Source: an uncultured bacterium
GTDB lineage: Bacteria; Chlamydiota; Chlamydiia; Chlamydiales; SM23-39
DNA length: 64,000 nt
Assembly: GCA_963716985.1 (NCBI GenBank)
Contig: OY970323.1
Span: forward strand, 352,001-416,000
Direction: 5' to 3'
Position 1 is the first letter of the stretch, and every line of letters begins with the position of its first letter. Shown here in pieces: positions 39,193 to 49,217 of the stretch. The notes beneath the pieces are model-generated. The model was not told the origin of the DNA. It saw only the letters and a program-made list of their open reading frames with translations, and ran no database searches. Both the position numbers and the translations under genes were made by a program.

Positions 39193-40203
39193 TTAGCATC
39201 TCTTGGAATCTTCGGTTAGGAGGTTCGTAAATTTTTTTCCCGAAAGCCAAGAGGGCCCGATTCCAAAACGCCTAAGCACATAATCGGAAATTCCCTGGCA
39301 AGAAGCGCGGTGGCGCAAAAGCTTTTCCCTTTTCTGATTGTTCAGTTTTTTTGGGTTTAGGAGTTTTTGGAAAAAATATTGGAGCTCTTTGAGAGCGCGT
39401 ATTTTATAGGTGCGCAGGATCTCTTTTGCCAAAAGCGTAATATAAAGGGAGAAGAGCTCTCTTTTGCTGCAGTTTCTCTCCAGCCAAAGAAGGCGGTTTC
39501 TCCACCAGTAATATTGCAAATGGGGCTTGCCGGAAAAAGAAGAGGAGACCTTGTGCCAGATTTTTGCCTTGGGCGCCGTCCAAATTTCAAACCCGCTCTT
39601 TCTTGCCCGAGCGCAAAAATCGCTCTCTTCCCAAAGAAGAAAAAACCTCTCCTCAAGAAGGCCGATTGTTTCAAAGACCTCTTTTTTGACAAAGAGGGAA
39701 CATCCGGAAACATAATCTACTTTTTGCATCTCATTTCTTTCTTCGTCTTTGAAACCAAGCGAAGGAGAATCAAACTCTGCAATGGCAGGATTCCAAAGAC
39801 CTCCTAAGTGGTCGATGATTTTCGGCTCATGATAGCGAAGCACCTTGGTGCCCAAAATACCCGCTTGCGGCTTTAGGAGGGTTGCGGAGATCAGCTCTTC
39901 AAGAATAAGTGGATCGACGATGGTGTCATTGTTGAGAAGGAAGAGGTAGTCTGCCTTTTTTTGTAGGGCATAGGCAATGGCGACGTTATTGCCCCCGGAA
40001 AAGCCGAGGTTTTTTTTGGTTTCGATCAGATGAATCGCGGGAAATGCGCTTTCGATTTGGAGGACGGAGTTGTCTTGCGATCCATTGTCGACGACGATGA
40101 TCTCATGGGGCTGGTATTGAATTTTTTTCAGAGAGGAAAGGCATTCGAGGGTATCTTTCCACCCATTCCAATTGACAAGGATGATGGCAATCGATGGATT
40201 CAT
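39193..40203 (-). CDS. GT2-family glycosyltransferase
   Basis: VNWNG, VVDNGSQD, NLGFSGGNN, LLNNDT, EESDFCAR. Confidence 0.9.
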   Translation of the reverse strand: MNPSIAIILVNWNGWKDTLECLSSLKKIQYQPHEIIVVDNGSQDNSVLQIESAFPAIHLIETKKNLGFSGGNNVAIAYALQKKADYLFLLNNDTIVDPLILEELISATLLKPQAGILGTKVLRYHEPKIIDHLGGLWNPAIAEFDSPSLGFKDEERNEMQKVDYVSGCSLFVKKEVFETIGLLEERFFLLWEESDFCARARKSGFEIWTAPKAKIWHKVSSSFSGKPHLQYYWWRNRLLWLERNCSKRELFSLYITLLAKEILRTYKIRALKELQYFFQKLLNPKKLNNQKREKLLRHRASCQGISDYVLRRFGIGPSWLSGKKFTNLLTEDSKRC

Positions 40204-41300
40204 TGTTTTTTTCCTTTTAAAATATGCTTTGCTTTCTCAAAGACTACATCGACTTTGATTTTTTCCCAACAGTGGGGATTTTTACATTTTCTTTGCAGGC
40301 AGGGTGTGCAGGGAGGCTTTTCTGACACGACAGACCCATGAGATGTGTGAAAAGGACCGGTCGTTTTGGGATTGGTAGGAATAAAAAGAGCGAGCGTCTT
40401 GGCCTTTACTGCAAGCGAGAGGTGCATGGGCCCCGTATCGTTGGTGATGAGAAGGTCGCTTATTTTTAAAAGAGCTGCAAAATCACGTAAGGCAAGCGGC
40501 GGAAATAGGGGGATGCTTCCCTTGATTTTTGAAGAAAGGTGGTCGATGAGATTTTTCTCTCTGCCCACTCCGGAGATCAAGAGATGGCAATCGATCTGTT
40601 GCTTCAAGCGATTGCCAAGGTTTGCGAAGGAGTCTGCCGGCCATCTGCGATAGGGATCGGAGGCGCCCGGATGGAGAATGACGATGGGTTTTTTAGAGTC
40701 GATGCCTTTTTCTTTTAAGAAGAGAGAGACTCTTCTTTCTTCCTCCTTTGTTGTAAAATAAAGAAGCTCTTTTTTTTCCGAATCGATGCCGAGTACTTGT
40801 AAAAGATTGGCTCTGTTTTCAATTTCATGGACCTTTTCACGCTCAACAAGGTGGGAAAAAAAGAGGTCGAGCCCTTTATTTTTTCCTCGAAAGCCGATGA
40901 TTTTTTCTGCGTTTAACAGTGCGCATAGGGGAAAGACGAGCCTCTGCGAGGAGTGGAAGACGAAAATGGCTTGAAATTTTTTGGCCCTGAGTTGAAAGAG
41001 AAGAGAGAGAAAGGAAAAAAAGAGGGGTTCTTCAAAAGAAAAACACGCATCGACCAACGGTTGGTTTTCGAGAACGTCGCGCCCTGTCTTTTGGCATAAA
41101 AAAGCAAGGTAGCTATGGGGAAACCTTTTTTTTATGGCAGCAAGTGCTGGTGTTGCCCACAAAGTATCACCAAGAGCTGTTGTAGAGACAATCAGAATTC
41201 TTGGCGCTTTTGCGTCAAAAGCATTTTTCTTGCGCGGGTGGAAGGCGGAAATGAGCCATTCAATCAAGCGGTTCTTCAGACGATTTTTCCAACGGGTCAT
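40200..41300 (-). CDS. GT9-family LPS heptosyltransferase-like protein
   Basis: ALGDTLWATP, HPGASDPYRRWP, ITNDTGPMHL. Confidence 0.9.
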   Translation of the reverse strand: MTRWKNRLKNRLIEWLISAFHPRKKNAFDAKAPRILIVSTTALGDTLWATPALAAIKKRFPHSYLAFLCQKTGRDVLENQPLVDACFSFEEPLFFSFLSLLFQLRAKKFQAIFVFHSSQRLVFPLCALLNAEKIIGFRGKNKGLDLFFSHLVEREKVHEIENRANLLQVLGIDSEKKELLYFTTKEEERRVSLFLKEKGIDSKKPIVILHPGASDPYRRWPADSFANLGNRLKQQIDCHLLISGVGREKNLIDHLSSKIKGSIPLFPPLALRDFAALLKISDLLITNDTGPMHLSLAVKAKTLALFIPTNPKTTGPFHTSHGSVVSEKPPCTPCLQRKCKNPHCWEKIKVDVVFEKAKHILKGKKQ

Positions 41301-42295
41301 AGGATCGAGCTTCGTTCTTTGGATTGAAAATAAAGGAGCATCTGATTATTCACGAAATTTTTTTCTTTGAGTATGTCGAGACTGTTTTTTGCCCATTCGG
41401 GGTAAGAACCTACAGTGGGGATGCGAATGGCCAGAACCCCTTTCCTTTTCAAAAGAGGCAGATAGACTAGGTCCATCTCATATAGTGTCGAGAGACCCTC
41501 GGTGACAAAGCTTAAGGGAACGATCAAGAGCTTTTTTCTTTTTTCACACCATGTTTCGATCTCCCGGCAGCATTCATAGGTCGAAGGGGAAAGAGGGGAG
41601 GATCTGGTTTCGTATAAATTTTGATAAGAGAGCTTGCCGAGGGCAAAGGGAAAGGCTTTGAGTATCTCTTTAAAGGAGATTTCGCACTCGCTTTGATAAA
41701 TATCTCCGTTTTCTAGGTAGTTTGAATCGATGCCGGTGCAGGAAAATAAAAGAATTGCTTCCTCTTCTTTGATCGCATTTTTCTCGAGGGACTCTCGGAT
41801 GATTTTTTGATAGCCCTCGACGAAAGCGGGATGGGCGGCAAAAGATTTGATCCATCGAAAACGATGCAAAAGCTCTTTTTTTAGATTTGCGGCAAAAAAT
41901 CTGGCGATTTGTCCGGCATGGGCATAGCTAAATTGCGGAAAAGAGGGCAGGAGGATATATTCGTCGGCGTTGCAATTTTTGATCTCTTGAAAAAACTCCG
42001 CATGTGTAGATGGCAGGTGGAGAAAGAAACAAAAGACGGGTTCTTGCAAATACTTAGCCGCTTCTTCTTTCCATTGGATGAGTTGCTCATAGGCGGGAGA
42101 TGCGTCAATGATCTGGTATTCCTTTTTAATTCGAGCGATCTCCTTGCGTATCTTTCCCAAATGGAAAAGGCGGGCAATCCACCCCTTTTTTGCAAATCCT
42201 TCCTTTCTAAAGCAGCTCTCTGTATAGGAGGTAAGTTCTCTTTCGTTTCTCGGCTCTCCAAAAGAGACGAGAATAGATGCTTTCTTTTTTCTCAT
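41297..42295 (-). CDS. Ferrochelatase-like protein with degenerate catalytic motifs
   Basis: VSFGEP, LPSFPQFS, LLFSCTG (consensus FSAHG), GDIYQSEC, VPLSFVTEGLSTLYEMD (consensus DHxETLxExD). Confidence 0.8.
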   Translation of the reverse strand: MRKKKASILVSFGEPRNERELTSYTESCFRKEGFAKKGWIARLFHLGKIRKEIARIKKEYQIIDASPAYEQLIQWKEEAAKYLQEPVFCFFLHLPSTHAEFFQEIKNCNADEYILLPSFPQFSYAHAGQIARFFAANLKKELLHRFRWIKSFAAHPAFVEGYQKIIRESLEKNAIKEEEAILLFSCTGIDSNYLENGDIYQSECEISFKEILKAFPFALGKLSYQNLYETRSSPLSPSTYECCREIETWCEKRKKLLIVPLSFVTEGLSTLYEMDLVYLPLLKRKGVLAIRIPTVGSYPEWAKNSLDILKEKNFVNNQMLLYFQSKERSSIL

Positions 42296-42373
42296 AGATT
42301 TTTTGCTTTTTGAGGAAATTGATTGTTTTCCATTTAGAAAAAAAAGCCAAGGAAAAAGAAAGAGCGTCTTTTG
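41590..42373. repeat. Direct repeat copy 1 (~784 bp; 5' part and upstream region of the hemH-like gene)
   Basis: Aligns closely with 43783..44566. Confidence 0.92.
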
Positions 42374-42506
42374 GTAAGGAATTCAACAGTGCTTGCGGCA
42401 ACCTCCGCAAAATTTTAAAAAGACCCAAGCAATCAAGCCTTGTTAGGCCTGGGAAAAAATTGGATCCGCAAAGAAAGATGATGTCGCGATCTTAAGCTGG
42501 GGATTT

Positions 42507-42803
42507 TTAGCTGCGAAAGTATCTATCTACGAAAGTCAATAATACCGATCCCATAACACAGCTTGCCAAAATAGTGGCCAATTGAGCCAGAACGCTTCCG
42601 GATGAAATAGTTCCGATGGCTATAAATTGGAGGTTTATTGCTGTGCTAACGATCGACCCAATGATTGCCATACAGATCAATATGACGAAAAAAGCTTTTC
42701 TTGCAGTTTCTATAAAGGGCTCTTGCTTTGATGAACTGCCCCATCCAAAAAAAGTTATCCCTGAAGTAACTTTGGAAGATGAAAAAACGGATAAACTGGT
42801 CAT
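42507..42803 (-). CDS. Small Inc-like membrane protein; paralog of 6616..6894
   Basis: S-rich N-terminus, bilobed hydrophobic domain, homologous upstream region. Confidence 0.65.
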   Translation of the reverse strand: MTSLSVFSSSKVTSGITFFGWGSSSKQEPFIETARKAFFVILICMAIIGSIVSTAINLQFIAIGTISSGSVLAQLATILASCVMGSVLLTFVDRYFRS

Positions 42804-43130
42804 AAAAAACCCCGCATTTTTTATTTAAAAATAAAATCTTACGAAACCTTAACCATTTAAGACAAGGAATAAGGTTCTTTGTGAGCTTTGTGCTTATGGA
42901 ATGTTCTCAAGAGTCTTTCCTCCAATGATATTCGCAGGGGATTTTCAACTTTCGTGCGGTTGGCATTCTCATGCGACGCTGCAAAGAACTTTCTTATTGT
43001 TTTTTCAACTACGCTACTCCCTATTTGGTGACAGTTTTTAGCTATCGGAAATCAAATTATTATTTGAGAAAATATTACTGTTTTTTGCACACTATAAGAT
43101 CTTTTTTTAACTAGGAAGGGGTCAGAAAAA

Positions 43131-43784
43131 ATGAGCACAACAGCATTTTCAATCATGGGCGTAGACGTCAATTCAGAAGCAAAATGGGCTTTCGGAATGA
43201 CTTTAAGTGCAATAACACTAACAGTGGGAACTGGCATTTCGCCCTACATTACGGTACCTATTGGTCTAGTAGCTGCACTAGGAGCAGGTGTTTTATTCCA
43301 TCCAACAATAGTAGAAACAAATAAACCTAAAAACGGCAGTTGAACCGCTCCGCATGACCTGAAAATTGTAAATTTCTCTCTCAGAAATAAATTCTATCTT
43401 GAACTTTCACGCCCACCCAATAGGTGAGTGGATAAATTTGAGCAATAACATTGATTTTTAGAGGAGAATCGCGAAAGTTTTGATTGTGCGGAGCGGTTCA
43501 ACTGCCGTTTTTAGGATAAAACAATACGAGCATCAAGGAAAGTGCTAAACACAGCTGCGTTTATGGGCGGAGGATGTTTGGCAATAATTTTGTCGCTTGG
43601 ATTGCTTTGGTCTGTGCAAAAATGTATTACTTCGCACATTCCTAAAATATGTGAGGGGGCTTATCTTAGCGGTTCAGGATTTTTTCTTGTAATGGGAGGT
43701 TCTCTTTTCTCGTATGGCGCTTATTACATCTGGAAATCCATACAGAAGCCCCCTCCAAAGAAACACTGGTATGGTTTTTGGTAA
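43131..43784 (+). pseudogene. WYQW-family Inc-like gene split by MITE C
   Basis: Removing 43326..43515 and one ATAAA restores ...VETNK-TIRASRKVLNTAAFMGGGC...PPPKKHWYGFW in frame. Confidence 0.88.
43326..43515. mobile_element. MITE family C (190 bp)
   Basis: Perfect 29-bp TIR CCTAAAAACGGCAGTTGAACCGCTCCGCA; 5-bp TSD ATAAA. Confidence 0.93.
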
Positions 43785-44566
43785 AGAGGAGAGGATCTGA
43801 TTTTGTAAGGATTTTGATAAGAGAGCTTGCCGAGGGCAAAGGGAAAGGCCTTGAGTATCTCTTTGAAGGAGATTTCGCACTCGCCTTGGTAAAGGTCTCC
43901 GTTTTCTAGGTAATTTGGATCGATACCCATGCAGGAAAATAAAAGAATTGCTTCCTCTTCTTTGATCGCGTTTTTTTTGAGAGATTCCCGGATGATTTTT
44001 TGATAGCCCTCGACGAAAGCGGGATGGGCGACAAAAGATTTGATCCATCGAAAACGATGCAAAAGCTCTTTTTTTAGATTTGCGGCAAAAAATCTGGCGA
44101 TTTGTCCGGCATGGGCATAGCTAAATTGCGGAAAAGAGGGCAGGAGGATATATTCGTCGGCGTTGGCATTTCTGATCTCTTGAAAAAACTCTGCATGCGT
44201 GGATGGCAGATGGAGGAAGAAACAAAAGACGGGTCCTTGCAAATATTTAGCCGCTTCTTCTTTCCATTGGATGAGTTGCTCATAGGCGGAAGCTGCGCCA
44301 ATGATCTGGTATTCCTTTTTGATTCTCGAGATCTCCTTTCGGATCTTTCCCAAATGGAAAAGGCGGGAAATCCACCCCTTTTTTGCAAATGCTTCCTCTC
44401 GAAAACAGCTCTGCACGTAGGAGGGAAGTTCTTTTTCGTTTCTCGGCTCTCCAAAAGAGACAAGAATAAATACTGTCTTCTTTTTCATAGATTTTTTGCT
44501 TTTTGAGGAAATTGATTGTTTTCCATTTAGAAAAAAAAGCCAAGGAAAAAGAAAGAGCGTCTTTTG
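43783..44566 (-). pseudogene. Direct repeat copy 2: 3'-truncated ferrochelatase-like duplicate (ORF 44488..43724)
   Basis: Same N-terminal ~235 aa as 41297..42295, then reads into the antisense strand of the Inc-like gene. Confidence 0.88.
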
Positions 44567-44724
44567 CTAAAAACAATAGCGAGCCTTGGGTGGGTCACAA
44601 GGAGCAGCATGGAAAATTGGGTCGTCAGTACAAAGAAGCCTTGCCAACAACACTTCTTGTGCTTCCTGAGATTTTTCTTCGATTAACATACACGTGAATA
44701 CCTCGCTCACTATCATTCAGGAAT

Positions 44725-45932
44725 TTATTGTCTGAGTTCTCGAGCACATTGAGAAATTACTGCAAAATAGGGCTGAATTTCATCGATCAACGCGATCCTG
44801 GCAGCTAGGCAACATCCTGCAAATTCGATATATGAAGAAGGTTCTTTCTGGAGAGAAAATCTTCTCTTTTGACCTTCTTTGAGGAGATCAAAAGCCCTGC
44901 GAAGCAAAAGGATGTCTTCTCGAGAATCATCATTTAAAAATGGAATTGCAGTCAAATCGGACCTCGATCGAATGAATTGTTCAATCATTGCTTTTACGAA
45001 TCGTTCTTGCGCACCATGCCTTTCGTCTCGATAAAGATTGTGTACAGCTGCTTGTGATGTGGGGTCGGCAGATAAAGAAAGAAGGTCGTTTAGAAGAGTG
45101 GCGTTAACAAAGGGTATTTTAGCTCGATTGCTTGAGTATCTATCTCCCTGCATTCGTGCAGCAGCGCTTTCCCTTCTACATGCTTGGGACATTGCTTCAT
45201 TTGCTGCAAATACGTCATGTGCTACTGGCTCTGCTCCACGTATTAGTGCGTCTGCAGCTAAAATTCCAACTCCTATTGGAAATGCTGATAATCCTACATT
45301 TACTGCTACTCTCGATACCTTCATTGCTGCTAAGCCTATTTCCGTTGTTATGATTCCTGCTACCCCCCTAATCCTACTCCTACCACGCCTGATACCAGTT
45401 CTGCTGCTGCCACTTGAAACACAATCCTTTCTGTTGCTTCCCTTATTCTCATGCCCGCTGCTGTTGCTGCAAACATTCCCGCTGTTGTTGTTGCTATTAA
45501 CATTCCTGCTCTTCCTACTGCTAATCCTCCATATACTAGTGCATCTCCTACCGCAGATGTTGCTCCTCCTGTTATTGCCACTATTTCTCCTATTATCATC
45601 CCTGCGAACGACGCTCCTGCTAATCCACCATTTGCTACTGCTTCTATTGTGGCTGTCTTAAGTGCCCTTCCAGCTAAGCTGGTATAAACGCACAATTTTT
45701 CTTTAAACGTTGAGTGAAAATTTGTTACAAATTTTCGAGCTGGATCGAATGGAAGCGTGTCTTTTGCTCGCGAGAGGAAGATTGCTCGGAGCGATTGATC
45801 GGTTGAGCCAAGAGCTCGAGTGCTTCTGGGATCTAAACCAGATTTAGAGGCAATGTGGTCCAGCATCTCTGTCGGAAGAGTTGAGAGCGTTATTGGACTT
45901 GGGCTTGTTTTAGTGGTTGTTGTTGTAGTCAT
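44725..45932 (-). pseudogene. F-box-like effector with Gly/Ala-rich hydrophobic region, frameshifted at a G6 run
   Basis: N-terminal LSTLPTEMLDHIASK...ALGSTDQSLR; adding one G at 45363-45368 fuses ORFs 45932..45360 and 45324..44725. Confidence 0.65.
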
Positions 45933-45938
45933 GACATC

Positions 45939-46408
45939 CTGATCGCTGGAGTTTGGACTAATTTCTGGGACCAGGAGGCGCAGAAATCAGTCTAAATTAA
46001 ACGTCATCTCCTATGATTAACCTGCAGAACAAGAGCAACAAAGGATGTTGCAGTCGAATTATCTGGGGGTTTGAGATTTTTGGACAATTTTCTCAAACCC
46101 CCGAATAAATCAAGCAATATGGTTTTCCGACAGAAATCGCTATAGAGCACAAATCAAGATTTGAACTGATTTTGTACCAGATTCAGACGCGAAATTAGTC
46201 CAAACTCCAGATCGTTACCCACAAGTATATAACATATTTACATTCAAATATTTAGAATTATGCACGTCCAAAATTACAGCAATTGCTATTTTTTGCCCCA
46301 GAAGTCGTACTTTTTCTCTCGTGAAATAGAGAGCATGAAGCATCTGTTCAATCCATCTTTTTTTCCTATTTTTCCCGGAGGAAAACAGGACTTATGGGTA
46401 ACGATCAG
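45939..46408. mobile_element. MITE family D (outer element)
   Basis: Ends CTGATCGTTACCCACAAGT (split by the inner element) / ACTTATGGGTAACGATCAG; perfect 9-bp TSD CATGACATC (45930-45938, 46409-46417). Confidence 0.88.
45946..46210. mobile_element. MITE family E (265 bp) nested in the end of MITE D
   Basis: Perfect 20-bp TIR CTGGAGTTTGGACTAATTTC; 4-bp TSD ATCG; internal hairpin GGGGTTTGAGA...TCTCAAACCCC. Confidence 0.9.
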
Positions 46409-46606
46409 CATGACATCTCCGAATAAATTATTTCTTTGTTATTATATAAGATTTTGTTTTTTATTGCAATTTAAAAAATCTGTATAATAAAAATGTTATA
46501 AAAATTATTTTACAGATATGATAGGCGAGAGGACATAAATAAAGATTTAATTTAATGGTCTCATGTCGTTAGTCAAATCTCTGGACTTTCAGTTATTTTT
46601 TTAATT

Positions 46607-46626
46607 CTATGAACTTCAGTTCATAG
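46607..46626. promoter_or_regulatory. Palindrome upstream of 46724
   Basis: CTATGAACT-TC-AGTTCATAG; identical copy at 47902. Confidence 0.5.
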
Positions 46627-46723
46627 TGGTTTAATCTGTTAACATTTTTTCTAATTTAGGTTGATATTATAAAAGAAATAATATATAATATGAAAAATAT
46701 AAATAATAATATGGAGAAATTTT

Positions 46724-47626
46724 ATGACAACAAGAGTTTTTAACATTGGTTATAATTTTGTATTCGGTTTGTTTCGTCCGATGCAACAAGAAAGTGGCTT
46801 GCCTTCATTCACTCCCACTTGGATGACTGGGACCTCTTCGTCCACGCTTGCAATGATGCTGGCGACGCATCGATCTGGGATCTTTGCTCAGCCAGCACTT
46901 ATGCCCGGAACTACATTGCTTGCGCATAAAATCGCCCCGCTAGCTGGGGAAAACGGCACTTGCGACTACATAGCTGGAGAGCCACTTGGTGAACACACAT
47001 GGCTTGTATGGAATTATGCGAAGATGGGATTAAAGGCCCCTGACCGTGATGAGCTTTTGGCAAAGGCTTTTCAATTCCCCGGGGAGGAGCCTTCAGCGTG
47101 CTGTGTTGGCTCTTATTTGCGAGCGCTTGAACTGAACGTCCTGCGCCTGTTGCAGATGGGCTTCTTGAACGATGCTTCTGAACGCGCTCGATTGAAAGAA
47201 CATCTAAAGAAGGTTTTGCAAATTTTTCAATCCGCAGAATCGATTCAAGAATATTTGTGGCCGAAAATCGGGAAAAGCTTTTTCAATTTAGGTGAATTTC
47301 AAGGAGAATACAATAAAGAGTTTCGAGATTGGTCAATAAAAAAAATTGAGCGTATTCTTTCTTTTTTCGAGGAAGTTAAGCCAATTAGCTTCAGCTTGGA
47401 AGAAATAGACCTGATCCAACGACCCTGTCCTATGGTGTTTGCTTCAAATACGCTTCATGGGGAAAATTGTGGCGGAGGTAGACCTGGAGAGTTGGGGGTA
47501 AAAACAGAGGCTCTTCTCAGGCGAGACATCCAGGTGATTTACACCACTGAAACAGACGTAGCAAGGATCAAAAAAGTGCTTGAGAGTTTTAAAGTGCATG
47601 TCTTGGTATACTGCCACCAACGGTGA
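46724..47626 (+). CDS. Hypothetical effector-like protein (possible ADP-ribosyltransferase fold), tandem paralog 1
   Basis: GGAG RBS; WMTGTSS, ALMPG..IAPLAGE, WNYA, PMVFAS...GELGV. Confidence 0.7.
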   Translation: MTTRVFNIGYNFVFGLFRPMQQESGLPSFTPTWMTGTSSSTLAMMLATHRSGIFAQPALMPGTTLLAHKIAPLAGENGTCDYIAGEPLGEHTWLVWNYAKMGLKAPDRDELLAKAFQFPGEEPSACCVGSYLRALELNVLRLLQMGFLNDASERARLKEHLKKVLQIFQSAESIQEYLWPKIGKSFFNLGEFQGEYNKEFRDWSIKKIERILSFFEEVKPISFSLEEIDLIQRPCPMVFASNTLHGENCGGGRPGELGVKTEALLRRDIQVIYTTETDVARIKKVLESFKVHVLVYCHQR

Positions 47627-47677
47627 AATCACAAAGCAGCCCATGAGGTGGTCAGCCGTAAGAAAAATGGAAATTGT

Positions 47678-47797
47678 CATTCGTTACCCACATCTTTGTT
47701 AAGTGTCTCAACATTAAATGGTTGAAAACTTGCGCAGCAAAATGCAACACGTTGGTTATTAATGAGATGCGAAAGATGTGGGTTGGGTAAGGATCAG
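47678..47797. mobile_element. Degenerate MITE related to family D
   Basis: TCGTTACCCACATCTTT ... AAAGATGTGGG(TTGGG)TAAGGATCAG. Confidence 0.55.
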
Positions 47798-47901
47798 CGA
47801 ATAAACACATAAAAAAAATTTAATGTCTCATATCGTGAGTCAAATCTCTGGACTTTAGTCCAAGACTTTAGTAGATATAACTTTCAGTTATTTTTTTAAT
47901 T

Positions 47902-47921
47902 CTATGAACTTCAGTTCATAG
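47902..47921. promoter_or_regulatory. Palindrome upstream of 48028
   Basis: CTATGAACTTCAGTTCATAG. Confidence 0.5.
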
Positions 47922-48027
47922 TGGTTTAATTTAATTTAACCATAGCCTTTTTTATAATTTATTTGATATTATAAAAGAAATAATGTATAATATAAAAATA
48001 TTAATAATATATAATATGGAGAAATTT

Positions 48028-48948
48028 ATGACATCAAGGGTTTCTAGCATTGGTTATGATTCTGTAGACGATTTGTGTCCTTCGGCGCAAGAAGAAAGTG
48101 GCTTGCCTTTATTTACTCCCACTTGGATGACTGGAACCTCTTCGTCTACGCTTGCAATGATGCTGGCGACACATCGATCTGGGATTTTTACTTGGCCAGC
48201 ACTTATGCCGGGCGCTACATTGCTTGCTCATAAAATCGCCCCGCTAGCTGGGGAAATTGGCACTTGCAACTGCATATCTGGAGTGCCACCAGACCCCGAC
48301 TGCATAGGGATTGTATGGAGTTACGCGAATAGAAGATTAAAGGCTCCTAACCGTGATAAACTTTTAGCGCGAGCCTTTCTATTCCCCGCGCAAAGGTCTC
48401 CGGAAATCTGTATCGGCCCTTATTTGGAATCGATTGAACTGAATGTCCTGCGCTTGTTGCAGATGGGCTTCTTGAACGATGCTCCTGAACGCGCTCGATT
48501 GAAAGAACACCTGGAGAAGGTTTTGCAAATTTTTCAATCCGCAGAATCGATTCAAGAATATTTGTGGCCGAAAATCGGGTATTGCTTTTCCGGTTTAGAT
48601 GAATTTCAAAACAAATACAATGAAGAGTTTCGAGAATGGTCAGTAGAAAAAATTGAGCGTATTCTTTCTTTTTTCGAGGAAGTTAAGCCAATTAGCTTCA
48701 GCGCGGAAGAAATAGACCTGATCCAACGACCCTGTCCTGTGGTGTTTGCTTCAAATACAATCCAAGTGGAACATTATGGCGGAGGTAGATATGGAAAGTT
48801 GGGAGGTAGATATGGAGAGTTGGTGGTAAAAACAGAGGCTCTTCTCGAGCGAGACCTCCAGGTGATTTACACCAATGAAATAGACGTAGAGAGGATCAAA
48901 AGAGTGGTCAAGGACTTTAAAGTGTATGTATCCTTGGCGGGCTTTTAG
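48028..48948 (+). CDS. Tandem paralog 2 of 46724..47626
   Basis: Highly similar protein and upstream region; 21-bp tandem duplication encoding GGRYGKL/GGRYGEL. Confidence 0.7.
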   Translation: MTSRVSSIGYDSVDDLCPSAQEESGLPLFTPTWMTGTSSSTLAMMLATHRSGIFTWPALMPGATLLAHKIAPLAGEIGTCNCISGVPPDPDCIGIVWSYANRRLKAPNRDKLLARAFLFPAQRSPEICIGPYLESIELNVLRLLQMGFLNDAPERARLKEHLEKVLQIFQSAESIQEYLWPKIGYCFSGLDEFQNKYNEEFREWSVEKIERILSFFEEVKPISFSAEEIDLIQRPCPVVFASNTIQVEHYGGGRYGKLGGRYGELVVKTEALLERDLQVIYTNEIDVERIKRVVKDFKVYVSLAGF

Positions 48949-49217
48949 TGGGCTACGTGAAGAACGATACGTCAACAGAGGTTCAGTGTTATTCCTCTTA
49001 TTGATCCTTCCCTACCTGAGTGTTTCTCAGTACTTACTCGCAACATGCTCACTGTCAACGACTTTTGGTCGCAGCGTCTTTGGGCGGTTTGAAATCAGTA
49101 TTGTTGCGGCTCGTCACAAATGAGGCGCGCAACCATCTAATTTCGTTGGCTCCTGTAAGCTGATTGAAGGAAAAGGCATTTGCGTGTATCTTTCTTGCAA
49201 AAAACCCAAAAAATATT

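Noticed and set aside
45038..45661. Leu-rich plus-strand ORFs
   Set aside because: Artefact of the A-ending codon bias of the minus-strand Gly/Ala-rich gene.
48950..49160. Intergenic stretch as a possible mobile-element relic
   Set aside because: No paired ends or TSD could be identified.
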